64,000 bases of DNA from Mytilus trossulus (lineage: Eukaryota). Positions 27,222-39,332 of the stretch are shown one piece after another. A program made the position numbers and the translations under genes. The DNA lies in the NCBI RefSeq assembly GCF_036588685.1, contig NC_086373.1:81282001-81346000 (forward strand), given 5' to 3'. Each line of letters starts with the position of its first letter. Within the stretch, counting starts at the first letter, position 1. Below the pieces are notes generated by a model. The model searched no databases. It had not been told where the DNA came from and worked only from the letters and a program-made list of their open reading frames with translations.

Positions 27222-30200
27222 ATGGGACTAGGAGAAGGTAGTGGTTGTAGGCCCAGGGCCAGGGCCAAAAAAGACAGAAAATACATCCCGGCAATGCCCA
27301 TGCCCCTGGCAGTAATATGTTGTATATTAAATTTTCTAGTTCCAGGTATAGGTGAGTAATACAATTATGTCATTCAGATTCATATTTCTAAGTATATGTG
27401 AGTGTCAACACGCATTGCACATTTATAGAATAATTGAACATATCTTGCATGTGGAAATTCATTCACTAGATATGATATAGTTTAAGGTATCATTGACATG
27501 TTACATATACATGTATATTATTATTAAAGACATTAAAAGTGACAACAGAGACCAAATGACGTATAGTATACTAAAAAGTAAAATCACTATTCTATACTTT
27601 ATAAATAGATGTAGTCATTTTTGTCAATCATATGAATAGTCCCAAAAAATAAACTATATTTATTTCAGAATATTTTTACCCATATCTATATTTTTTTTTT
27701 ATAGATTTAGTCCAAAAAAATATAGATATGAAATGGCCATTGAACTTGTACTAGTCAGAGAAATTTATCTGGTGCAGTCGTTCTAGGGGAGCTATATTGT
27801 AAAATATTGCACTGATATATTGTATTAAAATAAAAATAAAAAAATAGAACAAGGCATTATAATACTGTCTGATACCTATATTTTGTTTGTTTTACAAAAT
27901 ATGCTTTAATTATAGTAAAAGAATGCTGGTTTTCATATATATAATACATACATGTAACATTATAAAAAAAGCAGCTGAATATTCAATATTCAGACGCATT
28001 GCTTCTTTTATTACGTTTAGAACACAAACACATAGAACAAAAAAAAAATAACTGAAAATTAAATACTTGTTTCAATATGAAAACTTGTGTTTCTGTAGAC
28101 CTATCTTTGCCAATTTTCTGCCACATGTTTTTTTTAACTTTTCAAATCTTTTAAATGACATGAATGAGATAAAATTTGTTTGGTTATTTACTGGTTATTT
28201 ACTGGTCGAAAAATATTTCAGTTTTTATTATAAAATGTCTATAGATGTTAGACGAAATGTGAATTTGTATACAATATAAAAATTATTACTTTTAAGGTGG
28301 CTCGGGTCTTTTCGAAGTTTCTATCAGAAGTACCGTATTTTTGTTATTCACTCTTTACAGAAAGTGAATCAAATTGGTCGAAAAAACAGGTGGTCACAGA
28401 CCATTTAAGCTCACAATTTTACTTTTTAACAGGTATGTAAAAGGAACCATTTTTCAATGAAATGATAGGGAAAATAAAGGGGTTGACATATTTTTATCGG
28501 AATATCAAAAAAACGGTCTATGACACTTGGTACAAAACTGTAATATAAAAGCTGAAATATAGCTTCAAAGAATGAGCAAACAAAAAACATAGGTCACCGA
28601 TAAGGAAAAAAAATATTTTGCCTTTTAACCCAAATTTTGGCGGGAACATGATGAAAATGGGTTAAATGTTTATAAATAAATGTGAGCAGCCACTTCCTGT
28701 TTGCCGATAGTTTAAAATATTACAACACTTATCGTAGAAGAAAAATTCTCGTCATGTTCTTGTCTTCATTCATGTTCGGTATATGAGGGGCCCAATGTGT
28801 TATATCCTTTCTTCGTGATCGGCGCATTTTGGCTATTGTAATCCGTTTTTCTACAGATTTTTTTTTATATATTTTCGTGATCCGTGATAATGAACAAATA
28901 ATTTTCTGTGAATCGTGCTTGACAAAAAAATCAACTCGTGAATTGTGATGAGACCACACCCCAACACAAGGCCCCTCATATATGCAACCTCAATCCTCGC
29001 CTCAATCAATAACATGCAGTGACAGAGGTACAGGCTCGTTAGTTATCTTGTATGAATACAATGTATACTGATTCTTATTTATAATGCTCCACATGGTTAA
29101 TATGAATAATCCCAAAATGAATAAGAATACCTCGAGAAATTTTGAGAAAATAAAACACTTGTAAACACTAGAAATGGTTTATTTTCCTATTAAGAAACAT
29201 AGTAATATATATGTTGTGTACAATATGTAAGTTTGTACAAATTATAAGTTTGTACAAATTATAAGTTTGTACAAATTATAAGTTTGTACAAATTATAATT
29301 TGTACAAATTATAATTTGTACAGTGTCTTGTACAAGTGATAAGTATACACAATATAATTTTAGACAAAAAATAGAAGGCCCAGTCTTCACCCTCACAATC
29401 ATTACTGTCCCACACACCAATATGCCATATCGGTTTTGTTCATTTTTTCGGGTCCTACTAAAATGCGCCCGGGAGCGCCCGGGTGAAGAAATAGCGCCCG
29501 GGGAAAATAAAAAGCGCCCGGAGAAGAAAATATAGCGCCCGGGGAACAGAAAAAGCGCCCGGGGAAAATATTTGTATATTTTATTGGCATGAGACAACTT
29601 TGTTAAGTTATGGACATTGATTTTTTTTTTAATTTTAGACAAGTAATTTGCAAATTCAGATAATAGACACTTGTAATAAAGCATACATACAAGTATTGTT
29701 ATGCGTTTACTTTTCTACATTGGTTAGAGGTTCAGGGTGAGGGTTGAGATCTCACAAACATGTTTAACCCCGCCTCATTTTTGCGCCTGTCCCAAGTCAG
29801 GAGCATCTGGCCTTTGTTAGTCTTGTATTATTTTAATTTTAGTTTCTTATGTACAATTTGGAAATTAGTATGGCGTTCTTTATCACTAAACTAGTATATA
29901 TTTGTTTAGGAGCCAGCTGAATGACGCCTCCGGGTACGGGAATTTCTCGCTACATTGAAGACCTGTTGGTGACCTTCTGCTGTTGTTTTTTTATTTGGTC
30001 GGGTTGTTGTCTCTTTGACACATTCCCCATTTCCATTCTCAATTTTAAGTATGAAAAATTCAATAATAGACCTCAGGCACCGATTATTTTTTTTTTAACC
30101 GGCAAAATATACATTTTGATCGAGGACAATATCTTTCATGATTCTTCTATATACTCTTATTTATACTTATTTACTAAATTGTATACAATTTTGAAATCTA

Positions 30201-33200
30201 AAATGTAAAAGTACAACAACACCTTAGATGTAGCATCGTACGTGTCCCCATTTTATTAAGGACAAAACAAGCAATGATAAGTTATTTTTATTGAAAAAAA
30301 ATATTGTTATTACATATAATTATTTTCTTCTCCCGGGCGCTTTTTCTGTTCCCCGGGCGCTATATTTTCTTCTCCGGGCGCTTTTTCTTTTCCCCGGGCG
30401 CTTTTTCTTTTCCCCGGGCGCTTTTTCTTCACCCGGGCGCTCCCGGGCGCATTTTAGTAGGACCGATTTTTTCATAGTTAGAAAAGAGGGACGAAAGATA
30501 CCAGAGGGAAAATCGAAAATAAACTGACAACGTCATGGCTCAAAATGAAAAAGACAAACAGACAAACAATACTACACATGACACAACATAGAAAACTAAA
30601 GAATAAGCAACACGAACCGCACCAAAAACTAGGGGTGATCTCAGGTGCTCCGGAAGGATAAGCAGATCCTGCTCTACATGTGGCACCCGTCGTGTTGATT
30701 ATGTTATTACAAATCCGGTAAATAGTCAAATTCGGTAGGTCACATTCATGAAAGAGAAAGGGATTTGTGAAACGGTTATTCCATAACGGTCAACCAACTC
30801 ATGATGGCGTCCGTAAAATTAACGAAGGGATGATTTCAAGTTTACCAACTGAAACTCTTGGTTTAATAGCTTCCTTGTGAGCAGCAACCCTCTATCAAGA
30901 AAATCATGATAGGAAATGCAAGCACGGGAATATCGTATTAATTGGGAGAAATATACACCGTATACAGGTGCTGCTGGAATGTTGCTACTTGGAAATGGAA
31001 AGTTTACAATTGGAAAGCTGAAATCATCTCTTTTGTCGTAAAGTTTTGTTTTCAACTGACCCTCTTGTCAATTTCTAGATGTATGTCAAGATATGAGGCC
31101 GACTTAACTGTATCTGACTGTAGTATCCTTTATCTCTAGTTTGATAGGATAAATGCGTTCAACATAGTCACCAAATTTTGAATTATTTAGTGAAAGAACA
31201 TCATCTATATAGCAGAAAGTAGAGTTAAGGTCAAGTTACAGTAAATGGGCTATGTCACAGATTTTAGTAAAATTTTGCATACAACTCTGGCTCAATGAAC
31301 TCCAACTGAAAATCGAAAAAATAATGCATTTATCTCAATTATCATTTGAAATATCACTGATTGAATTCTTACAAAATGGGTGAACATTTGTATAGAAAGC
31401 ACATAAAATTGGCGAAAATCCTTCTAAAATTTGTCTTAAAATCGCCTAATTTCTAAATCTACTCCATAGATTTTTCTTAAAAAACTATATGCTGTTGATA
31501 CATAAATTTCCGTTATAATGATGCAAAATAAAGATAGGGTCACCGACTTCGTTTTTACAATATACATCAACAAAGTTGCGTTATTTGTGAAAAAATCCAA
31601 CAAAACGTCGAAATAATCGTAACTTTATGGCGTTGCAGGCCGTAAAACGTTGATTTTTGACATTTTTCACAACCAAAAAGGTAACAAATTGATAATTAGA
31701 CAAAAAACTAAGTCGGTGACCCTATGATTATTTCATATCATTAAAACAGAAATTTATGTGTCAACGAAATATAGTTTTTTAAGAAAAATCTATGGAGTAG
31801 AATTAGAGATTTGGCGATTTTAAGACAAATTTTAGATGGTTTTTCGCCGATTTTATGTGTTTTCTATACAAATATTCACCCATATTAAAAGAAATCAATC
31901 TGCAATTTTTCAGATGATAAAAGAGATAAATGTATTATGTGTTCGATTTTCAGTTGTAGTTCAACAAGCCAAGGTTGTATCCAAAATTTAAGCAAAATCT
32001 CGAACATAGCCCATTTACTGTTCCTTGACCTTAAAGGATATTGCTTACCTCTTATCTTTCTTCCTTAGAAGTTCCTGTATGAAGTCAGCCTCATAATAAT
32101 AAAGAAATAAGTCTGCAAGAAGAGGGGCACAATTTGTTCCCATTGGGATGCCGACAGTCTGTTGAAGTATCGCCTATGCACATGCAAGAACCATATATAT
32201 CACCCATAATGCCATTTAGCCTTGTCCCGTTGCATGTGCCTATCACATTTTAGTTCTAAATCTCGAATTCTTAATAACACAGTAGGAATTTATTCATATC
32301 TATACTCGGAACTATTTTGACCATGTTATACTGTATAAGACAAGTGTTTGAAGTTGACCTGTACATAATCCCACAGTGACATCTCTGTTAATTCGTTTAC
32401 ACGGTATCTATTAAAGGTTTTGAGGTTCCAAAAATAAACGTTTAGAATAATTAAGAAAGAAACTACATTTTTCTCCCTTGAAGTATAGTAAATATTTATA
32501 ATTTCAGGTACAATTCTAGCTGGTTTTTGTGTGTGTTGTTGTGCTAGAAATGAAGATATGACGTGTTGTGACAAGTTCTGTAGTTCCTTTCTAAGTGTTT
32601 TGTTTGGACTTTTACAAATTATACTCGCTCCAGTACTTTTTGTTGGATGGGTATGGAGTTGTTTTTGGGGAGTTTCTTTCATTGGAATGTCAAGTAAGTA
32701 TAAATGTATAAACTTCTTTGTTTCGTAATATCATAGAATAACCTTAATGATATTCATAGTGTGTAGTATTATTGATACAACTACTGTACTAACATAAACA
32801 CAATAGATACAAAGCACAGAAATAAGAGTACTGAAAACTAGTTCAAAATCCAATTTCAACTAATGAATAAACGATGTTCTCCAATATTAACGAATCAATC
32901 ATTGCACATCCAACGGATTTTATATATATGTATATATATAAGTACGTCGGAGTCAGTGATAACTCTACAACAGATGTATCCATCGGATCGCCATCAATGA
33001 TGGTGATACATGGCTGTGTACATAATGTATATATTACTCGTCTAAACATCAACCCAACAATGTTAGATCTGTAAATTTGCTTTCGCAAATTGTTGGTTCT
33101 TCCCTCGCCGGGATTCGAACCCATGCTACTGTGATATCGTGACACCAAATCGCCTGCACTGCAGCCGTCCCGCTAGACCACACGACCACCTGGGCTCTAA

Positions 33201-34854
33201 AAAAAGAGCTTTCGGTGGGCATGTGTTACCTTTCCACGTCAGTTTTAATCTAGCGGCGTACTACAGTACATGATATATAAGGCATGAAGATGTTATTGTT
33301 TACAGATCAGCTAAATTGTCTATAGTAAAGGATCCTACAAATTAATGTAAGATACAGTCACAGAAAATAATTATATTCATAAGTACGTCTGAGTCAGTGA
33401 CAACCCTACAACAGATGTATCCATCGGATCGCCATCAATGATGGTGATACATGGCTGTGTACATAATGTATATACAACTTGTCTAAACATCAACCCAACA
33501 ATGTTAGATCTGTAAATTTGCTTCCGCACTGTTGTAGGGTTGTCACTGACTCAGACGTACTTATGAATATAATTATTTTCTGTGACTGTATCTTACATTA
33601 ATTTGTAGGATCCTTTACTATAGATAATTTAGCTGATCTGTAAACAATAACATCTTCATGCCTTATATATCATGTACTGTAGTACGCCGCTAGATTAAAA
33701 CTGACGTGGAAAGGTAACACATGCCCACCGAAAGCTCTTTTTTTGAGAGCCCAGGTGGTCGTGTGGTCTAGCGGGACGGCTGCAGTGCAGGCGATTTGGT
33801 GTCACGATATCACAGTAGCATGGGTTCGAATCCCGGCGAGGGAAGAACCAAAAATTTGCGAAAGCAAATTTACAGATCTAACATTGTTGGGTTGATGTTT
33901 AGACGAGTTGTATATACATTATGTACACAGCCATGTATCACCATCATTGATGGCGATCCGATGGATACATCTGCTGAAGGGTTGTCACTGACTCAGACGT
34001 ACTTATGTATATATTATATATAGTGAGGGTAAAAAGACGTCATCAACGGCTTGTGCAATGCAAAAATATAAACAGGATGTAGGATCAAGAGTTCTTACAA
34101 TTAACACCAATTGTCGGTAATAAAGATGGCGATCGATCAATATTGAAGTACTGTATATACAAGTAGTCAATTAAAATTAACTAAATATGTTGCATGTAAT
34201 TTAAAACATGTTCTATATCTCATCCTAAATGTCCTAGACTAACAAAATAAAATCAAAACAGCCAATAGTGCTGACTGCAAAAATCTTATTTTACAGTTTG
34301 TAGTACTTAATAGGCACACTTTTAAAACTAAAATTGTTATTCATTACGCAAGTGGACCCTGGCGGTTGTAAACTTACCATATTAAGCGATGTAATTTAAA
34401 CTATGCAAGGTCAGATAAGACGTTATATATATATTTGTTTGTACATTTTGTAGAGGAATACTATCATGATAATAAACCATTTGATGATGCACAACCAAAT
34501 ACCGTAGTGACCAGTCAACCTGGTGCAAATCCCAATCTTGGTCAGTGGAGTTCACCGCCTGGAGGACCATACGGTGGACAGCCTGGTCCAAGTGAAGGAT
34601 ATTATCCACAAGGGGGTCAATATCCTGGACAGACTGGCCCAGGACCCGGATACTTTCCAGGAGGACATACAGGGTATCCACAAGGACAATCTAATCAATC
34701 ACCTATTGCTCCTTCTGCACCTCCGGCGGAAGACAACTCGGGATATCCACATCCAGGATATCATGAGCCACCACCAGGATATCATGAACCACCACCAGGG
34801 TACCATGAGTCACCACCTCCTTATGATGTCAATGATCCACATCCAAAGAAATAA
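27222..34854 (+). CDS. SPEC3/Stum-family membrane protein B with Pro/Gly/Tyr-rich tail (PSAP and 3 PPxY), 238 aa
   Basis: Exons 27222-27351 (MGLGEGSGCRPRARAKKDRKYIPAMPMPLAVICCILNFLVPGI), 32508-32693 (GTILAGFCVCCC...GLLQIILAPVLFVGWVWSCFWG) and 34454-34854. GT-AG, in phase. The middle exon is 186 nt, exactly as in paralogue A. Confidence 0.88.
29225..29322. repeat. 17-bp minisatellite
   Basis: taagtttgtacaaatta repeated about 5-6 times. Confidence 0.8.
29450..30465. mobile_element. TIR element with subterminal gcgcccggg repeats and 8-bp TSD; carries a nested dispersed repeat
   Basis: TIR ggtcctactaaaatgcgcccgggagcgcccgggtgaagaaa; TSD attttttc at 29442-29449 and 30466-30473. Confidence 0.8.
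29690..30047 (-). repeat. Abundant dispersed repeat (aattgagaatggaaatggggaatgtgtcaaagagacaacaacccgacc family)
   Basis: Close copy at 36945-37345 (+); fragments at about 26270-26620, 50296-50380, 51790-51850 and 59830. Confidence 0.8.
30482..32166 (-). mobile_element. Penelope-like retroelement fragment (RT C-half plus 3' tail), split by a MITE
   Basis: FQQTVGIPMGTNCAPLLADLFLYYYE (about 32165-32090), YIDDVLSL, SYLD, and KLYDKRDDFSFPIVNFPF..SNIP..YGVY.SQLIRY. The segment 30482-30700 is shared with 37348-37575. Confidence 0.85.
31229..32030. mobile_element. 802-bp near-palindromic MITE with TTAA TSD and GG..CC ends (Kolobok-like)
   Basis: ttaa|ggtcaagttacagtaaatgggctatg...catagcccatttactgttccttgacc|ttaa. 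Removing it rejoins the Penelope-like RT. Confidence 0.85.
32939..34005. mobile_element. tRNA-derived (SINE-like) repeat as tandem plus inverted copies, forming a ~1.07-kb palindrome
   Basis: Arms 32939-33414 and 33529-34005 are near-perfect reverse complements. The unit is about 441 bp. tRNA-like segment with A box tggtcgtgtgg and B box ggttcgaatcc at 33749-33844 (+), mirrored at about 33100-33196 (-). TA-rich flanks. Confidence 0.8.
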
Positions 34855-36671
34855 TGATCAAATCATGCAATCTTTCGTGACCAAGTATAATATTCCGAGT
34901 GCCAGGAATATGTACGAAGGGTTAATATCAATGCAAATATCTTTTTGTTAAACGGTGCTTTTTAACCAGCCCGACTAAAGCCAGTCCCCGCCATCCACTT
35001 ATGGTTGTAGGCTGCAATTGGATGATGGGTGATATTTTAGTCAGACTTTTTTTAACCATTCCTTATCGGTGTGAACTTGTTTTATGTAAGAAAAAGATCT
35101 GAGAAATGTGAGAGTCTGTCAATTTTACACACTGTTTTAATATAATTTATGCTTCTCATATAGTTTATAGTATTAATTATTTTTGTTTAAAATCAGATAT
35201 TATTTTTTTTTCCCTGTCTTACCGATAGCCAGTGATAGGATGAAAATGATTTCGATGCCTGTATCCAAAATGATTTAATTTGTATACCAATGATACGTCA
35301 TGCTTTACTTTTACTTCCTTCAGTATTTTTTCTATGGCTCGTTCATTTTAAGATAACCTAAAAAAATTGCAAAAAAAAATGTATTAAAAATTGCAGTTTT
35401 TTGTCATCTTGGACATACAAGATTTGGTCGCATGAGCGAAAAATAACTGACATAAGCCTTGCATAATACACATATGTAATATAAGAAAATATTTTAGTCT
35501 TTTAATAAATGGTCAGTGGTGTGACATACGGGAAGTTGGCCCTACAACTTTATTTTAATTTAGTTGATGATGTTTTTGGAGTTCTATACAGTTATACTTT
35601 GCAATGTTTCTATTCTGTTGTATTATTATTCTGTATGTCTGTACCGTATGAATGAGTGTGTTTGCATTAGTAAAATGGCTACAAGTAACACGGCAAATGT
35701 TCTAATATATATAAATTCATTTATAAATCGGCGTTATACCAGATAACGATTGACAACAAAATGTTCAGGGAATGCAGAACACGACTATAGCAGTGCGTGT
35801 GTAATTGAGTTTTCGAGGAGTTTGTGAGTCGAGATTTTTGTAAAGTGCATTATACCTATCACTGGCATATACTTATTATTTTAAACAGGACATTTGTATA
35901 TTTTTTTTAATATTATTTAACTGGCATAACTCACTTGACTGCATACATTTTATATGTGTTTTGTTAATGAATCACACACTAGTCTTGTACAAAGTGCATT
36001 TTTTATATTTCCATTGTTATATTTTATGACTATTTTTTTTTATTAATAAAAACTGATAAGACTATTTATTGTGACATGTCCTAAGATATGCTTTCTCCTG
36101 TAGTTTCATATTCAATGAATTTATCATCCTATTTACTTTTAAACTATCAAATAATAAGACATTATCTTTATAACGTATATGATTATAATCTGACGTAATA
36201 TTTGAAAGATTTATATCCCATGTAAAGTTTGTCTAAACCAGGGATCAAATGGTCGGATCATATCTATTCTTACATTAAAATAATGTTAAGTACTAGTATC
36301 TTTCAAGGAGCTCCAAATTATACATTATGACAACCGAAACGGACGTACACTATGACAATGTTTGATGAGAGGCAACAGAAGATTATACCTATGTTCAAAC
36401 CTCGCAAATCCATTTAGAATATACAATATGACGTAGAGACAAAACATCTAAAAACGAAACAACTCAAGAACGGCTTTATCGACAGGGAAAGGGTTTCTTG
36501 CATTACCATCTTAATTTAACACAGTATTTACGGGCAAAACATAACTGTATAAACAGCAGGTGATGGAAAACAATCGGAAGCATCAGACGTCTATTCTGGT
36601 ATAAAGATCTAATATCGCGGTACATGTCTCTTGTTATTTGAGAGAGACGCATCTTTACTGTCAACTAATTG

Positions 36672-36817
36672 CAATCTGATTAAAATATTGATCTCGGATT
36701 ACGTTATACTGCATGCCTCTGATTAAAATATTGATCTCGGATTACGTTATACTGCATGCCTCTGATTAAAATATTGATCTCTGAACGTAATCAGAGATCA
36801 ATATTTTAATTAGATTG
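36672..36817. mobile_element. Small palindromic MITE with 9-bp TSD and a 43-bp tandemly amplified left arm
   Basis: caatctgattaaaatattgatctc...gagatcaatattttaattagattg; TSD aactaattg at 36663-36671 and 36818-36826. Confidence 0.75.
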
Positions 36818-36944
36818 AACTAATTGTAAATGGTGACCGGTACAGCTTGTGTGGTGTTTATTTCAAAACTGTCCCTCATAAATTTAAGGACAGTCTGCAT
36901 GAAGACGAATGTTAATCTTCGCGCGCGAAACACATCCCCTGAAA

Positions 36945-37345
36945 TAAAATTGAGAATGGAAATGGGGAATGTGTCAAAGAGACAACAACCCGACCATAGA
37001 GCAGACAATAGCAGAAGGTCACCAACAGGTCTTCAATGCAGCGAGAAATTCCAGCACCCGGAGGAGTCCTTCAGCTGACCACTAAACAAATATATATATA
37101 CTAGTTCAGTGATAATGAACGCCATGTTAAACTCCAAATTGTACACAAGAAACTAAAATTAAAAATAATACAAGACTTACAAAGGCCAAATGCTCCTGAC
37201 TTGGGACAGGCGCAAAAATGCGGCGGGGTTAAACATGTTTATGCGATCTCAACCTCCCCCTATACCTCTAGCCAATGCAGAAAAGTAAACGCATAACAAT
37301 ACGCACATTAAAATTCAGTTCATTAGAAGTCCGAGTCTGATGTCA
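36945..37345 (+). repeat. Abundant dispersed repeat, same family as 29690-30047
   Basis: Direct similarity over about 350 bp. Confidence 0.8.
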
Positions 37346-37347
37346 TA

Positions 37348-38270
37348 AAAGAGGGACGAAAAATACCAAAGGGACAGACAGTCAAACTCATAAATCTAAA
37401 ACAAACTGACAACGCCATGGCTAAAAATGAAAAAGACAAACAATATTACGCATGACACAACATCGAAAACTAAAGAATAAACAACACGAACCCCACCAAA
37501 ACCTAGGGGTGATCTCAGGTGCTCCGGAAGGGTAAGCAGATCCTGCTCCACATGTGACACCCGTCTTGTTGCATAAGATGTAACCAAAGAAAATAAACAA
37601 AATGACAATACATAAAAAACATCATCATACTAGCAGTTAACAGACATGCCAGCTCCAGACTTCAATTAAACTGATTGAAAGAATATGTCTTCATCATATA
37701 AATAGCAGGCACAATCCTTACCGTGAGGGGTTTAGTATCATACTATCATAACACATATGAGAAGAACACAACCCGTGTCATGCCAACAAATGTTTTTTTA
37801 AATATATGATTATTTTGTGCTTTATAAAGAATATTTCCATAAAATAATCGATGTAAAACACCTGGACGTATAAGAAGTCTGCATGTTGAGCTATATTTTC
37901 GAATGATGTCCTTATACCGATGGTAAAATTTTTAGTTAATGTTTTGACTAGTTTGTGATATCGAAAACCCTGGTGTAATAATTTATAAGTTATACGTAAA
38001 TTTCTCTCGTTAAAATCTAAAACAGTGTTACATACACGAGCGAATCGTACAAGTTGAGATATATAAACACCGTAAGATGGTGACAAGGGAACGTCACCTT
38101 CTAAAAATGGATAATTAACGACAGGAAATGAAAAATCATCTCTTTTATCATAAGTTTTAGTATAAAGCTTTCCGTTAATGATATAGATATCAAGATCGAG
38201 GAAAGTGCAGTGGTCATTGTTAGTATTAGCTTTATTTAAAGTAAGTTCAACAGGATACATTTACTAGTAT
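37348..38270 (-). mobile_element. Penelope-like retroelement fragment
   Basis: ORF 37778-38260 has YP.ELTL, FLDLDI, YDKRDDFSFPVVNYPFLEGDVP..PSYGVYISQLVRFARVC and a frameshifted end. Its 3' region resembles 49250-49330. Confidence 0.85.
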
Positions 38271-39332
38271 ACATATACTGTATGCAAATGTATATATATA
38301 TATATTTTTTTTATCTCATTGTTTGTATTGTATTATGAAAAAAAAAAAAATTATTGATGTTGTAATGTTTATGCCCTTTGGGGCCCATAATTGGAAAATA
38401 AAATATCTTATATATACTAGTATACGATTATGACTGGGAAATTTTTGTTGTTCACAGATTTTAGTTGGAAGTCGTCAATCTGTGTCAATCATCTCAATAA
38501 AAATATCCAAATATTAAGCAGACTTCTTTTCATAGTAAATGTATCTGAAATTTCAAGTTCAATTTGACATATGAGTTACAAGCACTCACTGAAATGTTCA
38601 AAACTACAAAGGCATAGTGAAATTCAAGATAGGGTTCAATAAAATTATGTTGGTATCCTCAAATAGGCCAAATATGTAAAAATGTTTCATCTTTTGAGTC
38701 ATTCGCTCTTCTCTGTAAATACACATTATCAAAGGCAAACTTAGCGTAGTCTTACATATATGTGTGTCCGTTTTGAGACTTTATATTTGTTTCCCGGATG
38801 AACCAACTAATTTGGTTTAATACTTACTATATAGTGCATGTAAAATAATAATAAACTAGAGGCTCCAATGAGCTAGTGTCGCTCTCCAATCCATTTTAAA
38901 TTTAGAACTCGAATTTTGTTATACTACATAGTATAGCCGCCAGATAACCATCCATATGTCGAGCTCTCTGCAACAGAAGTCGCAGGCTCGACAAAAACTC
39001 GACATAAACCAATGAACAATGAAAATGAGGTCAAGGTCAGATGAAACCTGCCAAACCGAAACTTCCCCTTTACAATATTTAAATTTCCATACACCAAAGT
39101 TCTATAATTGGCCTACTGCTTATAGTATCTGAGAAACGGTCCTAATGACGTATGGTCTATAATGAGGTCAAAGCTAGGTGACCCTGTCTGACGAATATTA
39201 TACGTAGACGTTACAAGGACCCAAGGAACTCATACATGTATACCAAATAAGTGTATCCTTTTACTGATCTTTACTCATAGTAAGTGAGAAATTCATACTT
39301 GTATTTCTTTTTGTTAAAAGCAGTCACTAAAC

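Noticed and set aside
27222-27245. N-myristoylation signal on Stum-like B
   Set aside because: Gly2 is present, but position 6 is Gly rather than Ser/Thr; too weak to claim.
33749-33844. Functional tRNA gene
   Set aside because: A and B boxes are present, but the acceptor stem does not pair, no clean anticodon arm is evident, and it lies in a repeated unit.
32843-34023. Twin ORFs MVSRYHSSMGSNPGEGRT on opposite strands
   Set aside because: By-products of the inverted tRNA-derived repeat.
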